Origin: Euprymna scolopes
Lineage: Eukaryota
DNA: 64,000 nucleotides
Assembly (NCBI GenBank): GCA_053919585.1
Contig: CM132787.1
Strand: one strand, 5' to 3'
Part shown: positions 39,639-53,189 of the stretch, piece by piece
Position numbering within the stretch: position 1 is the first letter of the stretch
Layout: each line of letters starts with the position of its first letter
Program-made: the position numbers and the translations under genes
Notes under the pieces: model-generated
The model's database searches: none
What the model was told of the DNA's origin: nothing
What the model saw: only the letters and a program-made list of their open reading frames with translations

Positions 39639-41062
39639 GGGTGCCCGGAAAACTCGTCCCGGGAAAACTCGTCTCGGGAAAACTCGTCCCCGGAAAACTC
39701 GATCCCGGAAAACTCGTCCCTTTCGCTAGGTAGGAAAACTGGTCCGTTATTGAATACATATCAAATTAAAACACATTTTATGATCATTCTTGAAGGAGAT
39801 ATTGTTTTTTTTTTAAATAGACTATAGCACCCCCATAATATTAAAAAAATATTTTTACTTGTTTAATGTTTTTTTTTGTTTTTTTTTAAATAAAATAGAT
39901 TTTCTAAGTGTCCGTTTTCTACCTAACTGGCTATGTTCTTAGTGGTTTCACATATTTTAAAGCGTTTATTATGTTCAAACACAGTTAATTACAACATTTT
40001 TTTGTTCGTATTTTAACGATGTTTTTTGGAGTCATAAAAACAATAATAAAAAGCAAAACCAAAAAATTAAAAAACGGAGATATTCGATTCTTCGTTACTT
40101 TTTGTTTTGGATTTTAATTATGATAGTTTTTTTTTTGTTGTTGTTATGTTTTTGTTTTCTCTCATACCAAATACACTCATACGGTATTTAAAATTATAAT
40201 TTTATCAAGTGTCAACATTTATTGTCGTCCTGTCAAATTTTGCAAAAATTAACTAATAAATTAAAAGCGAAATATTTTTTGGCGCGAGAGATGCCATGTG
40301 CTAACAATCTCTCGTTAACTAATTTTTAATTTTTTTAATTTTTACTTCAAAATTCTAAAATCAATCATTAAGAGAAAAAGTAATCACTAAATAAATTTAT
40401 TTATCAATTTTATTGAAAACTCCGCTATCGTTTATCAAGAATCTTTTTAATTTAATTTTTTGTTGGTTGTTTTTCGGAGGGAGATATAGTTTTTATCCCC
40501 CCCAAAAAAAAATTATATTTAAAACAATATTACAATTTATTATTTTTTTTTTAAAACCAAATCTCCCTCAGTAATTTATTTAATTTTTTTAGCGATTATC
40601 AAGAAGATGTGATATACCGGACATTATTTCTCGATCCCACGTAACACTCGACATGTTTTTGTTTGTTTTCTGTGTTTTTTTTCTTTACCGAATAAACGAT
40701 TCCAAATAAATTAAACAACAAACAACAGTCGGCGAGGTAGAAAAATCGATTTTAACGTTTTATAAACAACAGTAAATTCTTTTTATATTAATAAAAAAAA
40801 AGTATGCGGTCTCGTTTATGAACATAATAAACGCTTTAAAATAAGTGAAGCCACTAAGAGCTTAGCCAGTTAGATAGATAACAGACACTTAGAAAATCGA
40901 TTTTATTTAAAAAAAACAAAAAAAAAACATTAAACCAGTAAAAATATATTTAAAAATTATTATGGGGGTTGTAGTCTATTTTAAAAAACAATATCTCCTT
41001 CAAGAACGATCATAAAATGTGTTTTCAATCGATATTTATTCAATAAGGGACCAGTTTTCCTA
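39639..41062. mobile_element. Foldback/Mutator-like non-coding element with ~250-bp inverted repeats and 15-bp subterminal tandem repeats; right tip missing
   Basis: Five tandem 15-mers (c/g)GGAAAACTCGTCCC at 39646-39720. 39731-39977 is an imperfect inverted repeat of 40817-41062. Confidence 0.8.
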
Positions 41063-41403
41063 AATTCCTATTTGGACCTTCCCCTAAATAGCGATTTAAT
41101 GAAAAAAAATTAATGGTCTTGTATCTTTTTTTAATAATTTGTTTTAAAATGAGGAAAAACATCTTTGATACCGCTATTGTAAGAATCAGCTGAAAGCCAT
41201 TTTTTTTCCTTGGCCTTCGGGACAAAATCACAGTGTAGTATCTGTTCTTCATATGCTCCACTTCAATTTCTTGTTCTCTGTCAGTGGAGGAGAAATCCTT
41301 CATCACTGAGACAATTTTTATTTGTGTTCCTTTTCTCCACGTTAAAAAACGACCCCGGTATCTAACTCTGTCCCGTGGGGAGGCATTGTAAATAGGAACA
41401 ATG

Positions 41404-42006
41404 GGGTGTGTATTACTGTACACATAGATTCGAAAAAGTTGTTAAAAAAACAAATATATAAGAAATAAATGTTATCAAAGGCAATATAAGTTACTTTTCT
41501 ACCAAACTGGATATATTTTTCGTGTTTTTATTCAATGTAACATGTTTATTCAGCTCGAAAAAACATACAGTGTTTACCGATGTATTCGAAAATTCAAGAT
41601 GGCGTCTCCCACCCTCTTTAACACCGTAAGTTTGGAAAAAGGTATTATAAACAAAAAAAACTATACAAAATTCTATAAAAAACCCGCCGAATATATGTCA
41701 ACCTATGTAACAGTAACATGTATTGAGCGAGTGTTTAACATTATTTTATCCGTTTTTTTATGTATAACATCTTTTCCCAAACTTACCGTGTTAAAGAGAG
41801 AATCAGACTCCATCTTGAAAGTTCCAATACATCGGTAAACACTGTATGGTTTTCAAGCTGAATAAACATGTTACATTGAATAAAAGCACGAAAAATATAT
41901 CCAGTTAGGTAGAAAAGTAACTTATCTTGGCTTTGATAACATTGATTTGTTATATATTTGTTTTTTGACAACTTTTTCGAATCTATGTGTACAGTAATAC
42001 AAACCC
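41404..42006. mobile_element. MITE with ~250-bp TIRs (GGG...CCC termini)
   Basis: gggtgtgtattactgtacacatagattcgaaaaagttg... (41404-~41655) is an inverted repeat of ~41755-42006 (...caactttttcgaatctatgtgtacagtaatacaaaccc), with a ~100-bp spacer. Confidence 0.88.
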
Positions 42007-42966
42007 AAATATTTCTTTAAATAAATTAAATCGTAAGTAATGAAACAAATATTTAAAAAAAATTGTTGTGTCCATTTTTTATAGTATTTAAATATGTATG
42101 CCCTGTCGGTGTGCATTAGAAGATGATGAATGCCTGTAAAAGAAGCAAAATAAAACAGACAAAACATAAGTAAGAACTATGTAAACAACGTGAAGCTCTG
42201 TATCAGCATTAAATAACACGAAAAAGGATTGATATGCCGTAAAACAAAAACAAAACAGAACAAGACGTAAAATATGTGTTGACTCTGTGTTACTCAGTGT
42301 ATTTGCCAATGGTGACTGGTAATTTATTTAATAAAGTCATTCTTGACTGTTCTAACATTTATTTCTAAACATATTTTTTGTTATGTAGCGCTCACTCAAA
42401 AGTAAAAAAATAATACTAAAAAAGATAAAATGGCACAATTAAAAATAACGAACTCGTAGCGTTAAATGTAAAAAATATATTTATTATTGAATAAAAAATA
42501 AGAAGCGTGTCGTATTCACTGTAATAATAAACAGAACACATCGTTGTAAATGTAAGTAACATACTATACTATATTTAAACTGTGGAACAATACCTTCTGT
42601 GCATAATTGCCTTTAAAATAATCCGGAACCATAAATAGAGAGTTATTATTATTTTTTTTTTTTTGTTCGGGAACTTTTGGGAATGATAAAGATTGAACAA
42701 TAAAGGGGGATAATTCACATTAATTTATGTCTGCAATGATGATGACACGTTTCATTAATTAATGTTTGCGATGATGATGACGTGACACCGTACGTACAAG
42801 CAAATTAATATATATGAAGCCAATCTGGCAACCCTGATCTCTGCCTTGAGCGTTCGTTTAATGTGTAATCCGCTATTCCAGAATAAAATCTTCTCAACCA
42901 ATCAAATTTGCCGGAAAGTGTGATACACATAGATAGATAGATAGTTACAAGCGTATTAATATATAG

Positions 42967-43041
<75 letters not shown>

Positions 43042-46000
43042 TCCGATCAAATAAATATTAGTATTTCCTGGCGTGGCGTGCTTAGAAAATTATGCTTTAA
43101 TTTTATATTTTAATTCATGTGAATTTTCTATGTATTATTATATATGTAATCCTCTAGTGATTATAACACTGCCCCTCATATGTAGGAACTATTTCAAAAT
43201 AAGGAACATGATGTTGGTTACATCAGTTTCACCGTCATAAAAAATAGTCGTGGAAATGATTCCCACATGAAATGATGTCAAATGACGAACAACGCGTGCC
43301 AGCATCGGGTTGACGAGACAAATGTCGACGAATATTTCTGCGTTCATGGAGTTTTAAAAATAATACTAAAGAAGAAAAAAGACCGGAGAGAAAGAAGCTA
43401 CGCTGGCCATGCGATATATTTTATCGGCAGTTAAGTGCCCCTATTTCTAATTCCTACTCTCCAAAACCCAATCCTCGTCTCCATCCATGTTTATTTTTTT
43501 CGGACTGTTATTTCAGAACCGCATTCATATCAATGTTTTATTCTTTTTTTCGTTTGGATTCATTATTTTTATTGCTTAATTTCTCGTTGTCTTGACCTAT
43601 GTTTTATAAAGCCCTTTTGATATTTTATCCACGTGTTGGCATTCTTGCTTTGCGTTTGAATTGTCCAAGGTTAAATGAGTCATTTATACACCTTGGACAA
43701 CGTGTCATTCCAGCGCGCAAATCCGCACCCGACGCACTTTAGATAGTTTTCTTTTTATTTTTATACTGTGTTGCGAGAACGTAGGATGAACCACTATTTT
43801 GGAGTCTAAGATTCTAACCAGGGGTGATCATCCTAACTTAGCTTCTCCCAGTCTGTAAAATGTTTATGTCGTACACTGGGGTTCTATTGTACAATTAAAA
43901 CGACGTGTAAATTATTGTTTCAATAGCAACGTATGTTTTTAATATCAATGTCGCGCCTCAAAAAAACTGTACATTTCCACACTATAAAAGTTATTTAGTG
44001 TAGCGAAAACCGTACCTGCTTAATAAAGCAGGTTTGCTTTTCACTCATTACTTACCTGCCAAAAATCCATTTCATTAACTTTCGAAAGTTTAACTTTGTA
44101 TAAGTAGGTAATTCGATGACTCCGTTGAGTTGAAAGAGATAATTGCATTATTCCTGTAGCAGTGCATATGATTGTGAGGCAAAAGGTTGCGTTAACTCCC
44201 CTGGTCACTTAGAGTTCGATTATGCAATGGTAAATATACGAATTTATTTCTAAACAACACTCCTTATAAATATTAATAAAAATGTGTCAATTAGTGAGTG
44301 ACGGATTCTATGCTTCTAGAAAGAAAGTGTAAACAGTGTGTTTGTTTATATTCTCACAGAGCTTATTGAGAATTAGTATTGTTGGGATTCTAAACATTTC
44401 TATTCTCGTCAGCATATTTATTAACACATCGTTTTGGTCGTTGCCTCCTCTAACATTCTATCTATTTTGGTCAAATCTTTTTTATCGAACCGGAATTATT
44501 ACAAGTTTTTTACATATTTGTCCATTGCGCCCAAACATAGTTGCTAATTATAAATCCAGGATAGTAGCAAACTCTCGTTTTCTCAGCAATGGCTCTGCGA
44601 TTATTCTTGATTAATTTTGGTAAAAATGTAACTACGGGGCATTACTTTTGCAATGCCCCTCGTAATAAACGAATTACACAATGATGTGCAGGTACACGAT
44701 ATCATACGGATTACAAACCAATTTGATTGTAATATTTTTACCATTGACTCAAAGCAAAAATATTTGTTATCATTTCTAAATGCGTAATATATACCAACAA
44801 TTAAAGGATCGACAGAGAAATATAGGCCATCGAAGGATATACACAAATCTAACTATTACAAACTGTTTCATTGATCAGAAATATATTTCCTGTTCCGTGG
44901 ACGTTTTCGGGAAAAATGGCCGCTTGTTACGTATTTGACCACGAAGCAATTTCATCATGAATGTCTGAAATCATTAACTCGGGATCTGTAAGGTCAATCC
45001 CAATTAAGCTATTGTTGATGGCGGATGCGGAAATTGGCGCCTTGTTCGCTAATGACCCTGCACTCACAAATTAGTAAGATTAATATCGTTGCGGCGTCGG
45101 TAATTACGAAACAAGAGTTTTCATCATAGAATACCCTCACGCTAAATCTATTGATTTTATCTAAAACATACTAGTATACAGAAACGCCAAAGTTCCATGC
45201 ACACACACCCACATCTACCTATCTATATCGATCGGTCCATCTATCTATCTATCTATCTATATATTTTTGTTTCTCCTTGTTCTTTATTTATTTGCGCTTA
45301 AATTTCTTAATTGGTTAATTTATTTAAAATGAATATCCGCCTACACTCAAAATTAACAGCATATTAAGGAACAAGCAGATGTGTTTACACGATTTCAATA
45401 TACGTGGTATCATGGAAGTAACATTTTCACGTTAATGTGTCCGAAATAATTACACAAGGAAGCGTCGTTTTATCTAAATATACACTTAATTTCAACGGCT
45501 GTTTTTCTTATAGTTCAGTTGTTTTCTTTTCCTAGGTACAAGGGCATATAATATATTTTATATGCTTTGCATAGTAAAGATGAAACTGATACTTCCCAGC
45601 TGTGTCAGATTGACCAGGTGGAATCGTAGTTTCCTACTCTTTTACCCCTCTCACTCCTACTATCTTTCTTTACGCCACATTCCTCCAAACTCAGATTATC
45701 CAGATTCACAAGATATATAACCTCACACGCAGCTTTTCAGAGTAAATCACACACGAATATAGTTTTCTCATATACAAATTTAATAAAACTTGATCTCCGT
45801 TTCAATAGCGTTTTCTTTCACGGTTTGATGAGGTTGAGATTCCAATAAAACATGTATGCGCATATATAACCGTACGGTTTTAAAAATAAACATACTATAT
45901 ACTGTGTCGCTTTTTATTATGCAATCTTTAATAATCACACATGTTTCAGTGGATTTATATCTAGGAAACTAACCTATACATATATTATACATAAAAAANN

Positions 46001-47678
46001 NNNNNNNNNNNNNNNNNNNNNNNNNNNNNNNNNNNNNNNNNNNNNNNNNNNNNNNNNNNNNNNNNNNNNNNNNNNNNNNNNNNNNNNNNNNNNNNNNNNN
46101 NNNNNNNNNNNNNNNNNNNNNNNNNNNNNNNNNNNNATGCATATTTGGGAGCGGCTTGTTACGATTCTGACAGTGATGCTTACAATCAACATACGTCAGT
46201 TATCTATCCATCGTATTTTTTAAACTTTTATTTTATTGATTTCAGAAATGATGGATTGTCTTTAGGTTAAATATTGAAAGTAACTGTTTGTCGATGCTGA
46301 TAATGACAGGAGACTGACAAGAATAGTCACTTAAAGCGTGTGTTTTATTTAAATAATAGTATAATGTGTTTTAGTATACCAGACAACTATGAACTAATAC
46401 TTTATATATAAGGTATCATGTCTACATAAGTAACTAAATATCGCTATACCACTATCAGCCGGTCACTGAGGTGTGACCGACAGACGTGTTATAGTAAATG
46501 TCTTAAAACGGTCTCATGAAGATATGAAGATGGGCCAGTCATTAGGGTCTGTGTAGTAAGAAGAAAATCATACCTGAGATGTTGGATCTGGGTGTGGCTC
46601 CTTTCTTTTCTCAAGATGAGCTCTTCACCCTTGTGGCATTCTGGATGGAATCTTCATCTCTTTGTCCTTAGGGCCGCCTTTTGACTTAAGACATTTATGA
46701 AGGCATTCATGGCAGACACAAGAAAAATGACACGCAACACAATTGTAATATATATAAGATGTCACTAACTATTTTATTTTACATTAGAGATACTATATAT
46801 ATTACAAAAAATCAATTTAAAAGTGGGCAATAGGCTTTTCAAAGCTAACTAACCTACCCTAACTAGTGTTGAGGGAGGGGGTGACCCCCCTCCTTTACGG
46901 AGAGACGGAATATGCGTCCTTACATCATGATGGTCGTGCAGGAAAGAGACAGAATGATAGCAAGGGAATTATGGGAAGGGATTTCTTTGTATCTCTACGC
47001 TCATGAACAATTTACCACCCGTCCATGCTGCAGAGTGTGTTAGAAACAGTGGCACAAGGAAATAGTGCCACATCGCCATTATTAGGTTGTATGGTTTAAA
47101 TACTGAGAATCATCCTTTGATTTTCATGTAATTCTGGATAGCAGAAAGGCACCATTTTTCTTAGTTCGGACAAATTTCAGTAATTCTAAATTGCAAAACA
47201 TGCAATGTTTGCGATCAAATATATTGTCAAACAAAGAATGATTTATAATTTCTCAGTTATCTTTTTCTTAGTAGAAATATTAATGTTGGCGTGATATAGA
47301 CTACTTTGTATGTTTACCGCTTTTTGCCAAGGTAAAATTTGTAAGATGAAAGGGAATCTATATAAACACCAGGTCCGGAAAATGAATTGGCTTGACGAAA
47401 CGGAATCAAATAGGCATGTGACGGATTATTGTATTTATGTTGACATTGTTAGCGATTGCTCGGCCCACCTACATAGAAAAAACCTCGGGTTAGAATGCCA
47501 GGAGTCAGTTACTGCATTAGCAAAAGGATTATTAATGGGTGCATCCGTATCATCATATTGTGTTGCTGATTTCTGTTGCAATGACTTATTATTGGCCGAC
47601 TGCAACCACACCCGTTTATCTGTTTGTGATTATATTTGATTTCTCAATAGATACCGCGGTTTTGATAAATCTATCACC

Positions 47679-47736
<58 letters not shown>

Positions 47737-47794
47737 GTGTGTCTCTGTGTGTGTCTGTGTGTGTGTATGCGTACATATATATGTACATAGATTC

Positions 47795-47863
<69 letters not shown>

Positions 47864-48235
47864 AGGTTTTCTGTGTTTCCCTGTACACTGGAAAACTGCA
47901 AGCTGGTTTTGGGAAATGCGGCAGAGATGAAACTCACGAGTTAGGGAGTACTCTTAGATAGGTTTTGGAGCGAAATGTATTCGATAAGTATTGGTAATCG
48001 ATAATCGAAATAATCTAATAAAAGAAGGAACAGATCATTTTAACCAATGTTTAAAACTTACACAATTGTCATTCGTACATTTTAAAAGTTTTATTACTAA
48101 TACCAGCCGAAACGCCTGACATATTTAATCAAGTGTATGATTATAGCTATTATAAATGCGTGTTCGATATGTAACTGTTTAGAGCACAACTGAATGATGA
48201 CACTAGACTTTTGTAGCTTACACTTTAATTCAGGC

Positions 48236-48310
<75 letters not shown>

Positions 48311-48334
48311 AAGTAGTGATAGGAATTTGGGAAT

Positions 48335-50050
48335 TTTTTTAAATTATATGTAACGGCTCATCAAAAACTTGTTTACATTAGACTTGAAGAGAACAATATT
48401 CTAGTCAACTGGAAAGCAAGAAAACAGAAGGCAATTCAACCGGCGTGCAGTTCTAAGAAAGAAGCCTTGTTTATGGAATCTCCGTTTCGATTAAGGCACA
48501 GATAAAATGTAGGGGAAATTATTAATAGTGTTTTCTGCTAGATTGGTGTTTCTTGTGAAAGTTTGCCGAGTGGGGACACAAGAGATTGGAGTTCAGTCGA
48601 GCACTTGTCATGAAAATAACGATAAAGCAGATAAAACCTCGCAATGTCAGTTCTGTGAGAAAGAGGTTGCAGGGAAGGGAATATTGCATCCCCTACGAGG
48701 CATCTATTTTATACTCTATCAAGGAAAGTAAATCCTTTTTAACAGCTCCTGCCCAGATATGGCAACAGTATTCCATACTTGGACGTACCTGGCCTTAATG
48801 TAGATTGAGAATTGCATCAACAGTGAGATATCTACCAGATCGATAGAGGGATCCCTCCATTTTTTTCAGCGGCTTTCGCAACGGATTGAATGCATGTGTT
48901 CCATTTCAGATCAGGAATACAGGTCAAGCCCAGATGCTTGTCAAAACATGAGACATACCCAAGACGAGAGCCATTCATTTAAACTGATGTAAGCTGGGGA
49001 TCAGAGCATTAATGCTGTAAAGATAAAAGCTTGGTTTTAGATGCATTAAAAGTAACAAACAATCTCATTCCTTATTGTACCACTTGCTCAAGATCATAGG
49101 AGGGAGAACCTGAGAGAACTTGATCATTTACGGTCTGAGATGTGCTACCGCAGATAATAGGGCTATCAGCATAAATGTCTATGAATGCTATAAGGATGTG
49201 ATTTGGAAGATCATTAATGTAGATCAGGAAGAGAGTTTGGCCACGATTGACATGTGAGGTACTCCAGCATCAATACTGTGAGCTCCTGATTTCTACCCGT
49301 AAACCACTACTCTTATGAATCTATCGGAGAGAAATCATTTAATAATTGAGAAGGCATTTCGACCTATACCGTAGCTGGATATTTTGTGAAGTAGACCTTT
49401 ATGTAATACTCTATCAAAGGCCTTTTATATGTCAAGAGTAATTGGCCTAGAAATGTAGTTTCTGTCGAGAGATTCGCTAATCCTATGAGATATAATTGTA
49501 AGAAAACATGTTCTGTAGATCTAGCAGAAGGGAAACCATATTGTGTGTCACTAAGAATGTTATTTTTGCTGAGATGTTTAATTACATCTCTATTTATCAC
49601 AAATTCCAACAAATTAATCATTAGGCAAAGCAGACTTTTCAAGGTGATGGGAAGCAATTCTCTTTAGACAACGTTTAAACAGTTTAGTAAGTATGGGCGC
49701 TATATATAGTTGGAGCTTTCTAATTACTATAATTGGAACACCGTTAGGGCCGATTGCTTTACTGGAATCTAGGTTTTTGATTAGCTTAGCAACATCACGT
49801 ACAGATAGTTGTATATTACATATCGTGTCTTCTGATACAGGAGGAAATAATGCGTGTTGGCGGCTTGGTCGCGAAGGGTAGAATTAGCTGCAAAGTTCTT
49901 GGCAAATAGTTTGGCTTTGTCTGATGCTGACGAGATTAGGTCAGATCCATTGATGATCGTTGAGATAGAGCACACGTTTTATTCAGGATTCTGTTTGCTA
50001 TTTGCCAAAATAGTTGGTCAAAAGGTGGTGAGACGAAAACAACTATGAAA
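48335..50050 (-). mobile_element. Decayed CR1/Jockey-group LINE (RT and C-terminus)
   Basis: DKAKLFAKNFAANSTL; LPITLKSLL...VINRDVIKHLSKNNILSDTQYGFPSARST; FIDIYADS; QVRPSMEYCCHIWAGA. Same family as 59326-60602. Confidence 0.92.
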
Positions 50051-51479
50051 GGTAGTAATTAGTGAAGATGCAGTGAAATGTCAGCATTTCTATGCCATCG
50101 TGGTTAACAACCTAACGAAGATGAATACTTAGCAGAAACATTTTAAAACAACAACTGTAAAAAAATGATTATAATAGTCCGTAAATAAATAAATAAATAT
50201 AAACAAAACTACTAGATGCTCGGGTTTTCATTTCTTTTTCCCCTTTGGGAGTTTTCTCAGAAATAAACTTAAATATTCTGAAGAAAAACAAATCGAATTT
50301 GCTTTTTATGTGTCAGAAAAAAGAAAGAACGTAACCTTTAAACGTGGGAAATGAAATATTGTTTCAACTCTAATTCTCTTCAAAAACAGAAATTTGTTTT
50401 TATGCATTCCAAGCCGTATGCAAATATATTTCCTTTTCTTAGAAAAAAACACGTAAAATTGATAGTCTAATGTCCACTTCCGCACACGTGTGGAAATTTC
50501 AGGTTAATTTGATGGCCACAAAAAGGACAAATATCAACAGCAAAGAAAAGAATGAAAAATGTAAAAAGAGCAAAAAAAGAAAACGAGAAAATACTGACTG
50601 AATTGGTCGAATACTAGATTCAACAAGAACAGAATCAGAACAAAGCACAGAAGAAAATAGAATAAAATACCAATAAAAATTGTTACTAGAACAACAAAAT
50701 CTCTTACTGCAAAAATAAATAAATAAACACACCAGTACAACATTTAGCAGACAAAACCAAGTGTTAGAAACAGCATAACATTCTCATAAATCGATGTCTG
50801 ATAAATTCATCTACGTCCCAGACAAGGACAAGATTCAAACAGTATACATTTAAAAGAATGTGTACCCGTATTACGTTAATTATGCCCCTCTGCAAGGCTC
50901 TAAATGGTCGGTTTATTGCTTGGAAAATAAGCATAAAAAACACAACAAATTTGTTTATTACATCTTGAAACCATGTGATTTAACAGAAGTTTTAACCCAG
51001 AAAAAAAAATGTTGTTTGGGTTATTTTTACTATACCCATGAATTAAAAAAATTGTCAGAAAGCAGGCATCATTTTATCGGGTATAGTAAAACAAACCCAT
51101 TTTTCAACTGTACCGGAAATGCCTGAATTCCTCAAATAATCATGACGGGGGTGATTTAAAATTCGCATTAATAATTTTGCTGTGGTTTTAAACACGCTGA
51201 ACATAGTGCTGATGTATTAAGATATCTTATATATGTACACGGATTAGAATGTATAAACAATTCTGGAATCGACGCACAGTTTTTCTAAACTAGAAAGCAA
51301 GCTAGACCTTGCACTGCTAAATTTGTCCTGAGACTGCCCATAAGTTGTTACCTTAATAAGAAATTAAAGTAAGTTAATGTGTCCGGTATCGCGTACGTAA
51401 GAAAAATATATGAAAACCAAAAACCCTATTCCTCCGAGAAAATTGTTAAAATAAAGAAAAGTTATTCTCCCTACAGATA

Positions 51480-52780
51480 ACAATATTAATAATTTAACTA
51501 CCTTGAGCCAGTTCAGAGTAAGTGCAGATCACGATAATAAGTTAGGTATAGCAAGACATAGTCTGGTGCGTTATATAAGTGCAATATTAATAAATTCTTT
51601 TTCTTAAGTAATGTATGGTGGGTGCTGATACCATTATTAACATAGGTGTCGCCAGCCAGTTATTTATCATTAGCCAGTGTCTGGTGGCTGCATACCACAA
51701 TATTATTAAGTTAGTTATCGCCAGTTCGTGTTTAGTTAGTGCAGATCACGATACTAATAATTCTCGACAGCTAGTGTTTGGTCCACACAAATCACAATAT
51801 AAACACGTTAGTTATAAGCTATCGCAAGCCAGATTCTGCTGAGTGCAAATCACAAGATAAATAAGTTAGTTTTTGCTATCCAGTGCCGGTTCAATGCAGA
51901 TCACAACACTAATACGCTTTTATATCTCCAGCAAGAGTATGATTTGTGCAGGGCTAAATAAGATAGTTATCGCAATTCAGGGCTTGGTCGGTTCGGATCA
52001 AAATATTAATAAATAAATTATTGTCAATCAGATAACAATATTAATAAGTGTGTTATCGCAAGCCAGGGTGGGCCGAGTACAGAAAACAGTACTAAACAGT
52101 AATATATCGCCAGTCAGTATGTAATCGGTGCAAATTACAATACTACTAACTTATCGTCAGCCAGCTTCGGGCGGATGATGACAACAATAAGTTAGTTATC
52201 GCGAGCCTGTGTCCGCTCAGTCAGATTACAATACTAATAAGTTAGTTATTACCAGCCATTATCTGCTGGGTTTAGATCACAAGAGTAATAAGTTTGTAAT
52301 CACTAGCCAATGAATAGTAGGTAAAGTTTAAAATAATAATTAGTTAAAGCCAGCCATTATCTGGCCGGAGCAGATCACAATAATAATAAGTAATTATCGT
52401 CAGGTATTGTGAGTCGTCTGCAGATCACAATAGTAAGTTATTTATCGCCAGCCAGAGTCTGACTGGTCCGATTACAATACCAATGGGTTAGTTTTCATCA
52501 GTCAGTGTTTGGACGGTGCAAAGCACGATATTAAGTACGTAATCGCTAGCCAGTATTTCGTCGGTTCAGATCACAATAGTAATAAGTAAATTAACGCCAG
52601 CCAGGGTCTGGAGTGTGCAGATCAGAATACCTAAGTATAACCAACAATTTTCTCGTCGGTGCATGTAACAATACTAATATGTTGTGAGATCGTCGCAAGC
52701 CAGTGTTTGTTGGCTATTATATATCCCAGTCAGTGTAAAATGGGTGCATATAACAAAAGGAATATGTATTTATCGCGATA
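51480..52780 (+). repeat. Diverged tandem array of ~25 x 51-bp units
   Basis: Consensus by eye GCAGATCACAATACTAATAAGTTAGTTATCGCCAGCCAGTGTCTGGTCGGT; units show many substitutions and small indels. Confidence 0.9.
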
Positions 52781-53189
52781 AAAGAACGGGGAAAATTATG
52801 ACGTCTTCAAAAGTTGAAGGGACGTAGGTTTAAATTAAAGCTAGCCAATAGAAAGGAGAGGATGACTTTCAAAAATATCGGCCAAAAAAAGCGACACCCC
52901 CTGTAGAAAAGCCTCCAGTTAAAGGTAATGATATTAATGTTTTTAACCAATTTTTAGATATTTGGTTTCTGAAGGGTCGAACTTAAAAGGGTTACTGATC
53001 GTGTAAAATACGTCTCCTCAGCTTAAAGTATAGTCAGACATACACACATACATATATACATACATTTATATATTTGTAACTAAAATTTTGCGACCCAAAC
53101 CGATTAAAAAGCTTACCTATTTCTGAATAACTTTTATGTAAAATTTCAAATGGTAAGACCAGAAATTGTCTAAGGAATTTGTTAAAGAC

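Larger units (their letters stand above)
38830..42967 (-). mobile_element. Composite defective Helitron (~4.1 kb) inserted at A|T within a (TAA)n microsatellite
   Basis: - strand 5' end A|TCTATATATTAATACG at 42967. 3' hairpin CGTGGAATTTCCACG followed by TGTATTTCTAG|T at 38830. (TAA)n on both sides, no TSD, Rep remnant in the same orientation. Confidence 0.88.

Noticed and set aside
44632-44664. Hairpin TACGGGGCATTACTTTTGCAATGCCCCTCGTA
   Set aside because: Resembles a lone mariner-type TIR tip (TACGAGGGG on -); no partner TIR or transposase found, too short to call.
47310-47639. 109-aa Cys-rich ORF
   Set aside because: No recognisable domain or Cys spacing pattern and no splice support; compatible with chance.
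51480-52780. CRISPR array
   Set aside because: The 'spacer' parts are homologous to each other, the repeats are highly degenerate, there are no cas genes, and the context is eukaryotic.
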